64,000 bases of DNA from an uncultured delta proteobacterium (GCA_963789265.1 CAWBKB010000001.1:832001-896000); one strand, 5' to 3'. Counted from the first letter of the stretch, positions 19,952 through 31,358 are shown. Numbers and translations are program-made. Notes: generated by a model not told the origin, from the sequence alone.

Positions 19952-20686
19952 TCACGAGACTTTGCAGTCGCTGTCCGGCACACTCTCGCAAAGATTAAGC
20001 ATGATTCCAATTGCGGCGGCCACTAGACTGGGGAATCGGTCCGGGTTTTGTCCGGGCCAGAGCAGGATCGCTTCCTTTTCATTCACAAGCAAAACATCGA
20101 TGTCTCGGCGATGCTCAACGCAGAAACGACGCAGTTCCGGACCGAAAATCCAAGGGGGCGAGGCCGGGCGGCCAAAGAGCGCAAACGACCTGGAGAATTC
20201 TTGGTCATAGGGGAAGCCGTATAGTCGCAAAGCTCGGTTCCAGCGAAATGCTTCCAAGAAAATGCTGGAGTATTTTAGCAACGCTATCTGCCCCGGCAGA
20301 TTGATTTCCTCAGTCGTGACCAGACATACTACTCCACGAAAGATCAAAGGAACGCGCATGAACAGGTTCCAGACGGCAAAATCGGTGATAACAATGTTAA
20401 ATCCCCGCACTCCGCTTTTCAGCGTATTCAATCCTTCGCCGTAGCAGAATGCGGACTCTTCCGGGTGGAAGCGAGATAACCTCGGCAAGAAAAATTCAGA
20501 CAAGGACGGATATCTTGTTTTGCGGTTATCGAACTCGAACCCCATTTTCTCGGCGGCATTTTTCCATCGCCGGGCCTTTCTGCTTTCAATGATGACCCCT
20601 GCGATATCTCCTGCGAGAAAGGCAACGACGAACACAATGCCACATACAACGAAATATATAGCGGAGTGCGCATCTTGGATGCCCAT
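19952..20686 (-). CDS. Hypothetical protein with N-terminal TM helix
   Basis: 244-aa ORF, GGGAG RBS, hydrophobic N-terminus followed by basic residues. Confidence 0.65.
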   Translation of the reverse strand: MGIQDAHSAIYFVVCGIVFVVAFLAGDIAGVIIESRKARRWKNAAEKMGFEFDNRKTRYPSLSEFFLPRLSRFHPEESAFCYGEGLNTLKSGVRGFNIVITDFAVWNLFMRVPLIFRGVVCLVTTEEINLPGQIALLKYSSIFLEAFRWNRALRLYGFPYDQEFSRSFALFGRPASPPWIFGPELRRFCVEHRRDIDVLLVNEKEAILLWPGQNPDRFPSLVAAAIGIMLNLCESVPDSDCKVS

Positions 20687-20980
20687 CTTCCCGCTCCCTT
20701 CTTCCTTCTTGGAATGAAGATATTCATTTAATCTCCTTTGGCCAGGTTTAGTTCAGGATTCGAGTCGGAAAACGAGACTGAAGCACCATCACTCAGAAAT
20801 AACAGGGGTTCCTTCAAAGGCTCCGGTGAGATACAATTAGAAGATGTTCCTTCGAATTGCTCCGGTCAGCAGGTCGCGCGATGGGAAATCGGCCTTCTTG
20901 GAGTAATGCCTTGGGATCCAACGTTCGTAGAATTCGCAGAGCACCGAAAAGACTTTCTTCGACCCCTGATTGAGACCCTC

Positions 20981-22384
20981 ATGTCCGAACAATCCTTTTT
21001 GAACATACCCTCCGAGTTGCTGAAAGCGCTGCTCAACAATCCGCACGAATCACTGATACTCGTGGACGCCCAAGGTGTCGTGCGTTACATCAGCACGTCC
21101 AACGATGGCTTCTACGGCCCCTCCAGCAACGAGGCCGTGGGCCGGCACATACTGGAACTAAATCCCGCCAGCGAGCTGACGAGAGTCCTTGAAACCGGTC
21201 GCGCAGAGATAGGCGAATTTTTCATGCTTGGAGGCAAAGAGCGCGTTGTCACGCGCATACCTCTTCGCGATAGCCGGGGCAACATTGTGGGGGCCATGGG
21301 CAAGCTGATGTTTTGGAATCCGGAGAAAGTCAAGCGACTTGTGCGCCAGGTGGAGGTTCTCCAGAGCAGATTGGATTACTACGAAAAGGAGTTGCAGCAA
21401 GCTTACCGAGGTCGCTATTCGCTCGACCGCATAGTGGGCGAATCAACTCTCATGCAAGAAGCCAAGCGGGTCGCTGTACAGGCCGGCGCATCGGATCTGC
21501 CGGTATTGATAACCGGTGAGACCGGAACCGGCAAGGAAGTCTTCGCTCACGCAATACACCAACTCAGTACCCGCGGAGAACGCCCGCTGGTCCGCGTGAA
21601 CTGCGCTGCTATTCCTCACGAACTGTTTGAATCAGAGCTGTTCGGTTATGAGGCAGGTGCTTTCACCGGGGCCAGCCCCAAAGGCAAACCGGGCAAGTTC
21701 GAGCTGGCCGACAAAAGCACAATATTCCTCGATGAAGTAGGAGATTTGCCTCTGCCCTTGCAGGTAAAACTACTACGGGTGATTCAGGAGCGGGAAGTGG
21801 AACGTGTCGGAGGGACTCGGACGGTCAAGATCGATTTCAGAGTCATCGCTGCGACCAACCGCGATTTGAAGGCCATGCTTGCTCGCCGGGAATTCCGACA
21901 AGACCTGTATTACCGGCTGAATATATTCGCGTTGAAAACTCCCCCCTTGCGCCAGATTCGCCAGGACATCCCCCGCTTGGCTTACCACCTCCTGTCGTCT
22001 CTGCAGGGAACCAAGCAGAAACCTCCACCGAGGATAGAGGCCGGGGCTATGCAGCGGCTGATGGCTTATGACTGGCCGGGCAATGTGCGCGAGCTGCGCA
22101 ACGTTCTGGAACGGGCTTCGTCCGTGGCAGGGGGAGGGAGTTCCATATCGGATGAACATCTTCCCATGGAGATCCGGGATAGTGTCAAGACAGCGCCCCC
22201 GGTCGAAGGAGACCTACGTACTCTGAGAGATGAGATGGCTCTCGCGGAACGTCGGGCCATAGAGCGAGCCCTCAGCATCGCGGGGGAAAACCGATCCGAG
22301 GCTGCTCGCTTACTGGGAATTCACCGTACAGGACTATATCAGAAAATGAAACGCTACGGCTTGAGCTCAGGGCGGAAGACCTGA
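20981..22384 (+). CDS. Sigma54-dependent enhancer-binding protein (PAS, AAA+, Fis-type HTH)
   Basis: GETGTGKE, ESELFG..GAFTGA, FLDEVG, WPGNVREL, NRSEAARLLGIHRTGLYQK. Start uncertain; the ORF is open from 20738. Confidence 0.95.
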   Translation: MSEQSFLNIPSELLKALLNNPHESLILVDAQGVVRYISTSNDGFYGPSSNEAVGRHILELNPASELTRVLETGRAEIGEFFMLGGKERVVTRIPLRDSRGNIVGAMGKLMFWNPEKVKRLVRQVEVLQSRLDYYEKELQQAYRGRYSLDRIVGESTLMQEAKRVAVQAGASDLPVLITGETGTGKEVFAHAIHQLSTRGERPLVRVNCAAIPHELFESELFGYEAGAFTGASPKGKPGKFELADKSTIFLDEVGDLPLPLQVKLLRVIQEREVERVGGTRTVKIDFRVIAATNRDLKAMLARREFRQDLYYRLNIFALKTPPLRQIRQDIPRLAYHLLSSLQGTKQKPPPRIEAGAMQRLMAYDWPGNVRELRNVLERASSVAGGGSSISDEHLPMEIRDSVKTAPPVEGDLRTLRDEMALAERRAIERALSIAGENRSEAARLLGIHRTGLYQKMKRYGLSSGRKT

Positions 22385-22420
22385 GAATTGCTAACAGGTC
22401 AAGGAATGGCGAGCGGCCGT

Positions 22421-22561
22421 GTGTAGAATATTCTATACGCGCATATAAATCTCTACATTCTAATCCTGGCGACATACAGCTCAGAATTTGCGCCTGAACT
22501 CTGCATGATGTTCCTGGCGCTGTTTGCACATTACTCTCTTCAAGTGTAGATTAATTTATAC
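22421..22561. promoter_or_regulatory. Candidate upstream activator sites (GTGTAGA-N4-T(C/T)TATAC-like)
   Basis: GTGTAGAATATTCTATAC at 22421-22438, GCATATAAATCTCTACAT at 22441-22458, GTGTAGATTAATTTATAC at 22544-22561. Confidence 0.6.
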
Positions 22562-22624
22562 AGAGTTCCCCTTTGATAAAGCAAGGATTTAGGGCATAAG
22601 CGTCAAAATGAGGCTATCTTCACG

Positions 22625-22657
22625 TCCCTTTTCTAAAGGGGGTCGAGGGGGGATTTT
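22625..22657. repeat. CCCCCTTT-NN-AAAGGGGG...GGGGGATT repeat family
   Basis: Related copies at about 18738-18768, 29301-29344, 33926-33966 and 42117-42193. Confidence 0.75.
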
Positions 22658-22846
22658 AAGTTGGTTATCTTATAATCGTCAACTTCATTTAGGAAAGTGG
22701 AGAAATCCTCACTCCGGTATCCATTCACCTACGGGTGGCATCTTTCGTTCCTTGTCATGGCGAGTCCTGCGCCGAGTTCAATGGGTTTCAGCGTATGAAG
22801 CCCAAGTTACTTGACCTTCCCAGTTCAAGACGATGGCTCGTCTCTT

Positions 22847-22862
22847 TGGCACGCTCATTGCT
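22847..22862 (+). promoter_or_regulatory. Sigma54 -24/-12 promoter
   Basis: TGGCACGCTCATTGCT matches TGGCAC-N5-TTGC(A/T), about 65 nt upstream of the acyl-CoA dehydrogenase ATG. Confidence 0.88.
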
Positions 22863-22927
22863 GTAACATGTGGCGACAGACCAACCTGAACCATGCCTCC
22901 ATTGGAATGGAATCAAGGAGAGCACTC

Positions 22928-24085
22928 ATGGATTTTGACATACCAGAGAACCTGCGTCTGATGGTGGAAACCGTACGGCGCTTTGTAAAGCAGGACTTGG
23001 AGCCCATTAGCCGTCAAGTCGAAGATGAAGACCGCATTCCCGAGGACGTGATCCGGAAGATGCGCGATCTTGGGCTGTTCGGGCTAGGTATACCCGAGGA
23101 ATACGGCGGATTGGGACTGGGACTGCTGGGCGAGTGCCTGGTTTACGAGGAATTATCCAAAGCCAATGCGTGCTTTCGCAGCCACATCGGTACCAATAAC
23201 GGAATAGGCTCCCAGGGCATCGTTTTGGATGGCACTTCCGAACAAAAGGAGCGATACCTGCCTCGGTTTGCCTCCGGGGAATTGATAGGTTGTTTCGCCC
23301 TGTCCGAACCCGAAGCCGGATCCGACGCAGCCAATGTCCAGACCACCGCGGAGTTGGATGGCGATCACTGGATCCTGAACGGACGCAAGCACTTCATCAC
23401 GAACGGCGACATCGCGGATGTGGCCACTGTCTTTGCACTGACCGACCGAAACAAGAGAGCTCGTGGCGGGATCACGGCGTTCATCGTTGAGAAGACATTT
23501 CCAGGTTTCTATGTGGGCACCATAGAGCGCAAGATGGGCTTACGCGGATCTCATACTGCCGAACTCATTTTCGACGACTGTCTGGTCCCGATGGAAAATG
23601 TCGTGGGCGGCGAGGCAAACGTCGGGCAGGGATTCAAAACAGCCATGAAAACCCTGGACAGAGGCCGCCTTACCATGGGCGCTTCGACCCTGGGGGCTGC
23701 CCAGAAGCTTTTGGATCTCTCCATTGACTACGCTAAACAGCGCGTGCAGTTCGGCAAGCCCATTGGCGAGTTCCAGGCCATCCAGCTCATGCTGGCCGAA
23801 ATGGCCACGCAAATTTATGCTGCTCGGCAGATGCTGTACCATGCCGCATGCCTTCGCGACTTTAAAGGCGTATCGGTCATAAAGGAAGCCTCCATGGTTA
23901 AGCTGTTCTGCACTGAAATGGCCAATCGAGTGGCGGACATGGCCGTTCAAATTCACGGCGGCATGGGATATATGAAAGACTTTCCTGTAGAGCGCTTCTA
24001 CCGAGATCTGCGCCTGACGCGAATCTACGAGGGCACAAGCGAGATCCAGCGTTTGGTCATCGCAAGGGAGCTGCTGAAAGACTAA
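22928..24085 (+). CDS. Acyl-CoA dehydrogenase
   Basis: CFALSEPEAGSD, LNGRKHFITNG, RVQFGKPI, QIHGGMGY, IYEGTSEIQ; AAGGAG RBS. Confidence 0.96.
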   Translation: MDFDIPENLRLMVETVRRFVKQDLEPISRQVEDEDRIPEDVIRKMRDLGLFGLGIPEEYGGLGLGLLGECLVYEELSKANACFRSHIGTNNGIGSQGIVLDGTSEQKERYLPRFASGELIGCFALSEPEAGSDAANVQTTAELDGDHWILNGRKHFITNGDIADVATVFALTDRNKRARGGITAFIVEKTFPGFYVGTIERKMGLRGSHTAELIFDDCLVPMENVVGGEANVGQGFKTAMKTLDRGRLTMGASTLGAAQKLLDLSIDYAKQRVQFGKPIGEFQAIQLMLAEMATQIYAARQMLYHAACLRDFKGVSVIKEASMVKLFCTEMANRVADMAVQIHGGMGYMKDFPVERFYRDLRLTRIYEGTSEIQRLVIARELLKD

Positions 24086-24094
24086 GGAGGTACA

Positions 24095-24976
24095 ATGGAA
24101 ATCAAGAAGGTGTTCATAGCAGGCGCGGGGCTGATGGGATCCGGAATTGCCCAGGTCTGCGCTGGAGCCGGATTGAGTGTGACTGTTTATGACGTGGACT
24201 CCCAAGCGCTGGAGCGGGCAACAAAAAATATCGCCTGGTCCGCCGGAAAGCTGGTTGAAAAAGGGAAAGTACAGGGCCCGGTGGGAGCAATCATGGGCCG
24301 CATCACCCCGACCGGCGATTTCGCTTTCGCGGCCGAGGCCGACCTATGCATCGAAGCCGTCTTTGAGAAGCTCGATCTGAAGCTTGAGATCTTCAGGAAG
24401 CTCGATTCGGTTGCAACTCAAAAGGCCGTGTTTGCGAGCAACACCAGCGCCATCTCCGTAAGCACTCTGGCCGCGGCGACAAGCAGGCCGGATCAAGTGC
24501 TCGGGATACATTTCTTCAGCCCTGTGCCCATGATGGAGGCCGTTGAAGTGGTTCGGGGCCAATTTACAAGCGATGAGGTATTTGCCACAGGGAAGGCCTT
24601 TGTTCAGGCCATAGGTAAGGAACCTATCCTGGTGCATAAGGACGTACCCGGATTTCTTATCAACCGGATCAACTTTCCGGCAACCATAGAGGCCATGCGA
24701 CTGGTAGAGATGGGCGTAGGCACTGTAGAGGACATTGATAAGGGCCTTCGCTTGGCTGCGGGGCGCAGGATGGGGATTTTCGAGACCGGAGACATGGTGG
24801 GATTGGATGTGACCTGCGGGGCGCTGACCGCAATCTATGAGGAAACCAAAGATCCGCGATGGTATCCCCCTGCTATCCTGCGCCGCAAGGTTCTTGCAGG
24901 ACAGTTGGGTCGCAAAACAGGTAAGGGTTGGTACGAGTATAATCCCGATGGTTCCCGCAAGGGTCCAGCCAAATGA
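24095..24976 (+). CDS. hbd: 3-hydroxyacyl-CoA (3-hydroxybutyryl-CoA) dehydrogenase
   Basis: GAGLMGSGIAQ, EAVFE, ASNTS, HFFSP, GRKTGKGWY. Confidence 0.9.
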   Translation: MEIKKVFIAGAGLMGSGIAQVCAGAGLSVTVYDVDSQALERATKNIAWSAGKLVEKGKVQGPVGAIMGRITPTGDFAFAAEADLCIEAVFEKLDLKLEIFRKLDSVATQKAVFASNTSAISVSTLAAATSRPDQVLGIHFFSPVPMMEAVEVVRGQFTSDEVFATGKAFVQAIGKEPILVHKDVPGFLINRINFPATIEAMRLVEMGVGTVEDIDKGLRLAAGRRMGIFETGDMVGLDVTCGALTAIYEETKDPRWYPPAILRRKVLAGQLGRKTGKGWYEYNPDGSRKGPAK

Positions 24977-24990
24977 TAGGAGCTTAAGGC

Positions 24991-26169
24991 ATGAAACAAG
25001 CAGTAATTTTAAGTTCAGTGCGCACCGCCGTCGGAAAGTTGGGCGGTGCCTTAAGTCAGGTAACAGACCGCACTTTGGGAGGTCTGGTAATCAAAGAAGC
25101 CATGGCACGGGCCGGCATCACTCCGGATAAGGTAGAGGAAGTGGTCTTTTCCCAACAATACCGCACCGGTGAGCTGCCACCCAACATGGCTCGGCCCGTG
25201 GCAGTTGACGCGGGAATTCCAATTGCCGTCCCGGAATTCACCGTGGCCAAGGCTTGCGGCGGTTCATTGAAGACGGTTTTCCTCGCGGCCCAGGCTATCA
25301 AAGCCGGCGACCGGGACCTGATGGTGGCCGGTGGAGTGGAATCCATGTCGGGCGCAGCCTATCTTTTGCCAAAGGCCCGTTTCGGCTACCGGCTCGGTCA
25401 CGGCCAACTTATGGACCAACTAGTCCTGTTCGATCCAATAAGCGGAAATACAATGGGCGAAACAGCGGAGAACGTCGCGGAGCGATACCAGGTGAGTCGC
25501 GCAGATCAGGACGCATTCGCCCTGTCCAGCCAGAAGAAGGCAGGAAAGGCACTCGCAAAAAAGCTCTTTGCCGAGCAGATCGTGCCCGTACCCATACCGA
25601 CCAAAAACGGTGAACCCAGGATGTTCGATACCGACGAACATCCTCGACCGGATAATACGGCAGAAATACTGGCCAAGCTTCGCCCGGTTTTTCGCCAGGG
25701 AGGCTCTGTTACCGCCGGCAATTCCAGCGGAATGAATGATGGCGCTTCAGCAGTAGTGGTGGCCAGCCGGGAACGCGCCGCCGAACTGGGGCTCAAGCCT
25801 CTGGTTTCCATCGTTGGCTATGCCTCGGTAGGCGTAGAGCCTGCTTACATGGGAATCGGCCCGGTGGACTCCACAAAACTCGTCCTTAAGAATACGGGCC
25901 TAAGCGTGAACGATATCGACCTCATAGAGTTGAACGAGGCCTTCGCATCTCAGTCGCTGGCCTGCATACGGCTGCTCGGGCTGGACGAAGAGAGCGTCAA
26001 CGTGAATGGAGGAGCCATTGCTTTAGGTCATCCCATCAGCGCCACAGGTGGAGTCATCCTGACCAAGCTGATCTACGAACTGCGCCGGACAGGAAAAGAA
26101 CTCGGTCTTGCCACCATGTGCCTCGGCGGAGGCCAAGGCGTGGCAATGGTGGTGAAAAACGAGGGCTGA
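24991..26169 (+). CDS. Acetyl-CoA C-acyltransferase (thiolase)
   Basis: KACGGS, NEAFA, NGGAIALGHP, CLGGG. Confidence 0.95.
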   Translation: MKQAVILSSVRTAVGKLGGALSQVTDRTLGGLVIKEAMARAGITPDKVEEVVFSQQYRTGELPPNMARPVAVDAGIPIAVPEFTVAKACGGSLKTVFLAAQAIKAGDRDLMVAGGVESMSGAAYLLPKARFGYRLGHGQLMDQLVLFDPISGNTMGETAENVAERYQVSRADQDAFALSSQKKAGKALAKKLFAEQIVPVPIPTKNGEPRMFDTDEHPRPDNTAEILAKLRPVFRQGGSVTAGNSSGMNDGASAVVVASRERAAELGLKPLVSIVGYASVGVEPAYMGIGPVDSTKLVLKNTGLSVNDIDLIELNEAFASQSLACIRLLGLDEESVNVNGGAIALGHPISATGGVILTKLIYELRRTGKELGLATMCLGGGQGVAMVVKNEG

Positions 26170-26455
26170 TTCCGGTTTCCGTTGAAGCGAGCTACACCCT
26201 GCACTTGGTGGGGCAACCCCGCGTTCAACACAGGACCGCTGCGGTGACTGCCACAGCAGACACGAGAGAAGGGGGCAACGCTTTCGCAGGCAAGCGCAGG
26301 CCGACTTACCCGAACCGATAGTAAATTTCCTACGAAATCTGTCGGGACTGGCATTGACGCGCGTGATGTGATACGAGTTCTGCACCCAGACACAAGGCCG
26401 TAAACAGAATCATCCCTCCATACAAACCGCCGGAATTGGTCCGAGGCATAACCGG

Positions 26456-27239
26456 ATGACAAGAGTGCTGGAACATTCAACGGCTGAGCAGCGTGCGGAC
26501 ACGGGGCCCACGGTTCCGCTCATGCAAGTACGAAATCTTTCCAAACACTTCGGAGGCCTACGTGCGGTTTCCTCAGTTTCCTTTACGGTCGAACAGGGGG
26601 AGATTGTCGGTGTCATAGGGCCCAACGGAGCCGGCAAGACGACACTATTTGCTCTTCTTAGCGGCTTTCTTCCTGCAACTCGCGGGGAGATTTTGATTGA
26701 AGGAACTTCCGTTGTCGGCCTGGGCCCGAACCGTCTATGTCATCTCGGAATCGCCCGAACGTTTCAAATGGTCCGACCGTTCACCGACATGACCGTTTTT
26801 GAAAACGTGAAGGCCGGCGGAGTTTTCGGAAAGCCTGGCAAACGCCCTTCAAAGGAGGTTCACCACGAGGTAATCAAAATCCTGGAGAACACCGGGTTGG
26901 CTCCTTTCGCGAACTATTTTCCACCTTCTCTAAGCCTTCCTCAGCGTAAGAGACTGGAAGTAGCTAGAGCCTTGGCCACCCGTCCCAAGCTTCTGCTTTT
27001 GGACGAGGTCCTTGCAGGACTGAATCCCAGGGAAGTCAAAGAAGCATTGCCGTTCATCCGATCCATCAATGAGGACATGGGAGTGACCATCCTCATGATC
27101 GAGCACAATCTCCGCGCAATCATGGGCCTTTCTCATCGCATCCAGGTACTGAACTTCGGGCAACTTATTTTCGACGGGAAACCGGCGGATGCCGTGCAGC
27201 ATCCGGGAGTTATTCAGGCTTACCTGGGGAGTAATAAAG

Positions 27240-27253
<14 letters not shown>
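26456..27253 (+). CDS. Liv-type ABC transporter ATPase (LivG-like)
   Basis: KHFGGL.AV, GPNGAGKT, GIARTFQ, LLDE. Confidence 0.9.
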
Positions 27254-27944
<691 letters not shown>

Positions 27945-28079
27945 ACCTGCACCTCCCGTAAGCTCATCTCAGGTTCATGGGCAGGTTCGTCGCGGTAAGG
28001 TCACATACATATATAGGTCGTGAGAAGATTAGGCATTGTGGGACTCTGACAATCTGAAAAAGAAGGAAGGAGTGTAGGC

Positions 28080-29273
28080 ATGAAAATCAGGACGGGAATA
28101 GCTACCTGGACAATCTTCGCTTTCTGTTTCTGCGCGGCCATGGCGTGGGCCAAGCCTCCGATCAAGCTGGGAGCCCAGGCTCCCCAGACAGGGAACCTGG
28201 CCAAGCACGGGATGGAACAGATTAAGGGGATAAAACTGGCCGTAGACGAGTTTCAGAAAACGCACAAGACGCCCGTGGAGCTAACGGTGTACGACGACGA
28301 AAGCGATCCCCAGAAGGCTGTCGCTGCCGTGGAAAAACTCGCGGGAGTAGAAAAGGTCAACGGGATTGTAGGCGGGTACGGCTCGAACTTGGTGGGCCCC
28401 GCTTCGGAGGCGGCCGAGCGCTACAATACGCCGTACTTGACCACAGGCGCAGTGGATACAAAACTCTCGTCCAAGCATTACAAGAACTTCTTTCGATTGA
28501 ACTACATGCCGGGGTATGCCGCAGCTCAATCCGGCGCCATCAAAGAGGTCTTGAAAGCCAAAAAGGTCGGTATCCTGTACAACAGTGCGTCTGCGACCGC
28601 GGAGATCGCCGGACATGTGAAGGACCAGTTGACCAAGGCCGGTGTTGAGGTCCCTGTCTTCGAGAAATTTGAGAAAGGCACGACAAACTTCAAGCCCATC
28701 CTCCTAAAGCTCAAGGATGCCGGATGCGACATTCTGCTTGTCGAAGGATATTTCCCCGATTACGTGGGAACCATAAAAGATGCGAAAATCCTCGAACTAC
28801 CGGTGAAAGCGTACGTAGGTGCCTGGGGGATAGGAACACCGGAATTCACCCGGGAACTGGGCCCCATGAGCGAGTATGTATACGGCACGTCGATGTGGGA
28901 GATGGGAACCGCCCCAAAACAAGCCAAGCAAGAAGAGGCTGCCTTCGTGAAGGAATATAAAGCGAAGTTCAAAGGGGAGAGCCCCTCCTACTTAGCTATG
29001 CTCGGTTATCTGTCGACCAAATATATGCTGGACGCAATCTCCAAAGGGGGAGGAGCATCCGGAGCATACAGCCCTGAAAAGACTCGGGCGGTCCTTCGCG
29101 CGCTTGACACAATCAGCCCTATAGGCCGCGTCGCCTTTGACAAGAAGGGTGACCCCAAGTATTTCGTTGCAGTACTGTTTCAAACTCAGAAGGGAAAGCA
29201 AGTGGTCATTTATCCCAAGGATCGCAGTACCGGCAGCGTAGTGTACCCGGCGGTTCCCTGGGCCAAGAAATAA
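28080..29273 (+). CDS. Periplasmic substrate-binding protein, Liv/HAAT family
   Basis: Signal peptide ending AWA, IKLG..P.TG, DDESDP..AV, IGRVAFD. Confidence 0.88.
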   Translation: MKIRTGIATWTIFAFCFCAAMAWAKPPIKLGAQAPQTGNLAKHGMEQIKGIKLAVDEFQKTHKTPVELTVYDDESDPQKAVAAVEKLAGVEKVNGIVGGYGSNLVGPASEAAERYNTPYLTTGAVDTKLSSKHYKNFFRLNYMPGYAAAQSGAIKEVLKAKKVGILYNSASATAEIAGHVKDQLTKAGVEVPVFEKFEKGTTNFKPILLKLKDAGCDILLVEGYFPDYVGTIKDAKILELPVKAYVGAWGIGTPEFTRELGPMSEYVYGTSMWEMGTAPKQAKQEEAAFVKEYKAKFKGESPSYLAMLGYLSTKYMLDAISKGGGASGAYSPEKTRAVLRALDTISPIGRVAFDKKGDPKYFVAVLFQTQKGKQVVIYPKDRSTGSVVYPAVPWAKK

Positions 29274-29364
29274 CACCAATTCGCTTTCAAGATTATGGGA
29301 AAATCCTCTCTAACCCCCTTTAGTAAGGGCGGTTGGAGGGGATTATGAAGGCGAATTGGTCTAA

Positions 29365-29454
29365 GCCAAAGGCCGCTCGCGTGGAGCGTGAACGTCGAAG
29401 TGAGCCGGCTCTGGCACGGTGACGGGCCAAAGGCCGCTCGCGTGGAGCGTGAAC
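29365..29454. repeat. Two identical 29-bp palindromic repeats separated by 32 bp (CRISPR-like geometry)
   Basis: GCCAAAGGCCGCTCGCGTGGAGCGTGAAC at 29365-29393 and 29426-29454. Confidence 0.8.
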
Positions 29455-29495
29455 AGACGCTCCAATCGAACCGAGATCGAAAAGAGGGTCAGCTC

Positions 29496-30368
29496 CTGGT
29501 TTCCACGACCACAATCATACAGTCGCTTCTTTCTGGCATCGCGGAAGGCACCGACTACGCCCTATATTGCCTTGGACTGGCCTTCGTTTTCGGCATCATG
29601 CGGATCATCAACTTGGCCCACGGCGAATTCCTCGTTCTGGGGGGATACGTTGCTTATTGGCTCTTGGTCAAATGGGGGATCAATCCGATCCTTGCGATCC
29701 CCATTGCGGCAGCCACGGCAGGCGGCACCGCTTTTCTCAGTTACCGAATCTTTCTTCAGAGGATTCGGACCAGTTCCGAGCTCAACACCCTTATATTGAC
29801 TTTCGGTCTGGGGATTTTCTTGGCCAATCTCTTTCTCCAGTTGTGGACCGCCGACATCCGGAGCATCGAGGTCGACTGGATACAGCGGCCCCTTACGTTT
29901 TTCGGCATTTACATCGGCCTGGGAGAGGTCATTGCCATCGTGATCTCGCTGGTAGTTGTCCTTGGGTTGTACTTATTCCTAACGCGCAGCAAAACCGGCA
30001 TGGCCATTCGCGTGACCGCCATCGACCGGGACTCGGCCGCCCTGGCCGGAATCAATGTGGAGAGGATTGATCTGACGGCGTTCAGTATCGGCGGGCTCTT
30101 AGCCGGAGTAGGCGGCCCGCTCCTTGCCATGCTCGCCAACATCGACCCCGGCGCCGGCATAACTATTACGATCAAGGCCTTCATCCTTACTGTCCTGGCC
30201 GGATTCGGATCCATTCCGGGACTACTCCTAGCCGGGATCATATTGGGGGTTGGTGAGGCTATGACAGTCACCTTCGTCAGCTCCTCGTACCGGGAACTAT
30301 TCGGCTTTGTCCTCTTTCTCCTGATTCTGCTGATCCGCCCGTCGGGGCTCTTCGGAAGGAGGCTGTAG
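29496..30368 (+). CDS. Liv-type ABC permease (LivH-like); start uncertain (CTG 29496, or GTG 29388/29400)
   Basis: GL..VFGIMRIINLAHGEF, G.AIR, RPSGLFG. Confidence 0.9.
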   Translation: MVSTTTIIQSLLSGIAEGTDYALYCLGLAFVFGIMRIINLAHGEFLVLGGYVAYWLLVKWGINPILAIPIAAATAGGTAFLSYRIFLQRIRTSSELNTLILTFGLGIFLANLFLQLWTADIRSIEVDWIQRPLTFFGIYIGLGEVIAIVISLVVVLGLYLFLTRSKTGMAIRVTAIDRDSAALAGINVERIDLTAFSIGGLLAGVGGPLLAMLANIDPGAGITITIKAFILTVLAGFGSIPGLLLAGIILGVGEAMTVTFVSSSYRELFGFVLFLLILLIRPSGLFGRRL

Positions 30369-31358
30369 ATGGCGAGCTTTCCGAAGCCACAGGTGACCGA
30401 GGCTACAGCGGCTGCCATCGTACTGGGGACAGTTCTAATCATCCCATTCATTCTGTCATTCAATCCTTACTATGTCAGCATTTTCATTTCCGCGCTGATT
30501 CTTGGGGCGGTATCCATTGCGTGGAACCTTCTCGCAGGAGTGTGCGGCCAGGTTTCATTCGGACACGCCGCGTTTTTTGGAATTGGAGCCTACACCTCTG
30601 CCATTCTGGTCACCAAGGCTGGTTGGAACCCATATCTGGGGATTATGGCAGGAGGCGTTTGTGGAGCACTGGGCTCCCTCATCATCGGGATTCCCGCGTT
30701 TCGTCTTCGGGGTCCGTACTTTGCCCTCGCGATCCTCGGGTTTGCCGAGGTGGCCAAACTCCTGACGATGAACCTGACCTGGCTCACGCAAGGATCACAA
30801 GGAGTCTTCGGCATACCGGCTCTCCCCCCGATCCACCTGGGATATCTGACTCTGGAATTCCACATTTCCAGAACTGCAAATTATTACATGGCCGCATTGC
30901 TCATGCTTGCCATTTACTTGGCCGCCTATTTCATTCGCCGGTCCAACGCAGGGCTGGCAATGTCGGCCGTACGCGGAGACGAAGAAACCGCGGCCGGCAT
31001 CGGCGTCCACGTTATCCGGACCAAGGCATTGGCCCTGGTAGTATCCGCATTTTGCACGGCAATCATGGGAGCTTTTTACGCCCATTATGTCCGGTTCCTG
31101 TCACCTGACACGGCTTTTGAGGGATCATGGTCCATAATGCCTATCGTTGCATCCCTTTTCGGCGGAATGCAAACCCTCATTGGGCCGATGGCTGGGGCGC
31201 TGGTTATCACCGGCCTTGACGAGTTCGTATTCAAGGCGCTCTTCGAGACCGGTCACAAACTCTTTTTCGGGCTGCTTCTGGCCGTGGTCATAGTCTGGGC
31301 CCCCGCAGGGTTGCTCGGCAATCGAATTCGAAGAACCTCGCATGGAGAAAAGAGATGA
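30369..31358 (+). CDS. Liv-type ABC permease (LivM-like)
   Basis: WNLL.G.CGQVSFGHAAFFGIGAY, RLRGPYFA. Confidence 0.9.
   Translation: MASFPKPQVTEATAAAIVLGTVLIIPFILSFNPYYVSIFISALILGAVSIAWNLLAGVCGQVSFGHAAFFGIGAYTSAILVTKAGWNPYLGIMAGGVCGALGSLIIGIPAFRLRGPYFALAILGFAEVAKLLTMNLTWLTQGSQGVFGIPALPPIHLGYLTLEFHISRTANYYMAALLMLAIYLAAYFIRRSNAGLAMSAVRGDEETAAGIGVHVIRTKALALVVSAFCTAIMGAFYAHYVRFLSPDTAFEGSWSIMPIVASLFGGMQTLIGPMAGALVITGLDEFVFKALFETGHKLFFGLLLAVVIVWAPAGLLGNRIRRTSHGEKR

Noticed and set aside
26170..26455. 286-bp gap between the thiolase and ABC genes as a possible hydratase remnant
   Set aside because: No recognisable protein motif or convincing structure found by eye
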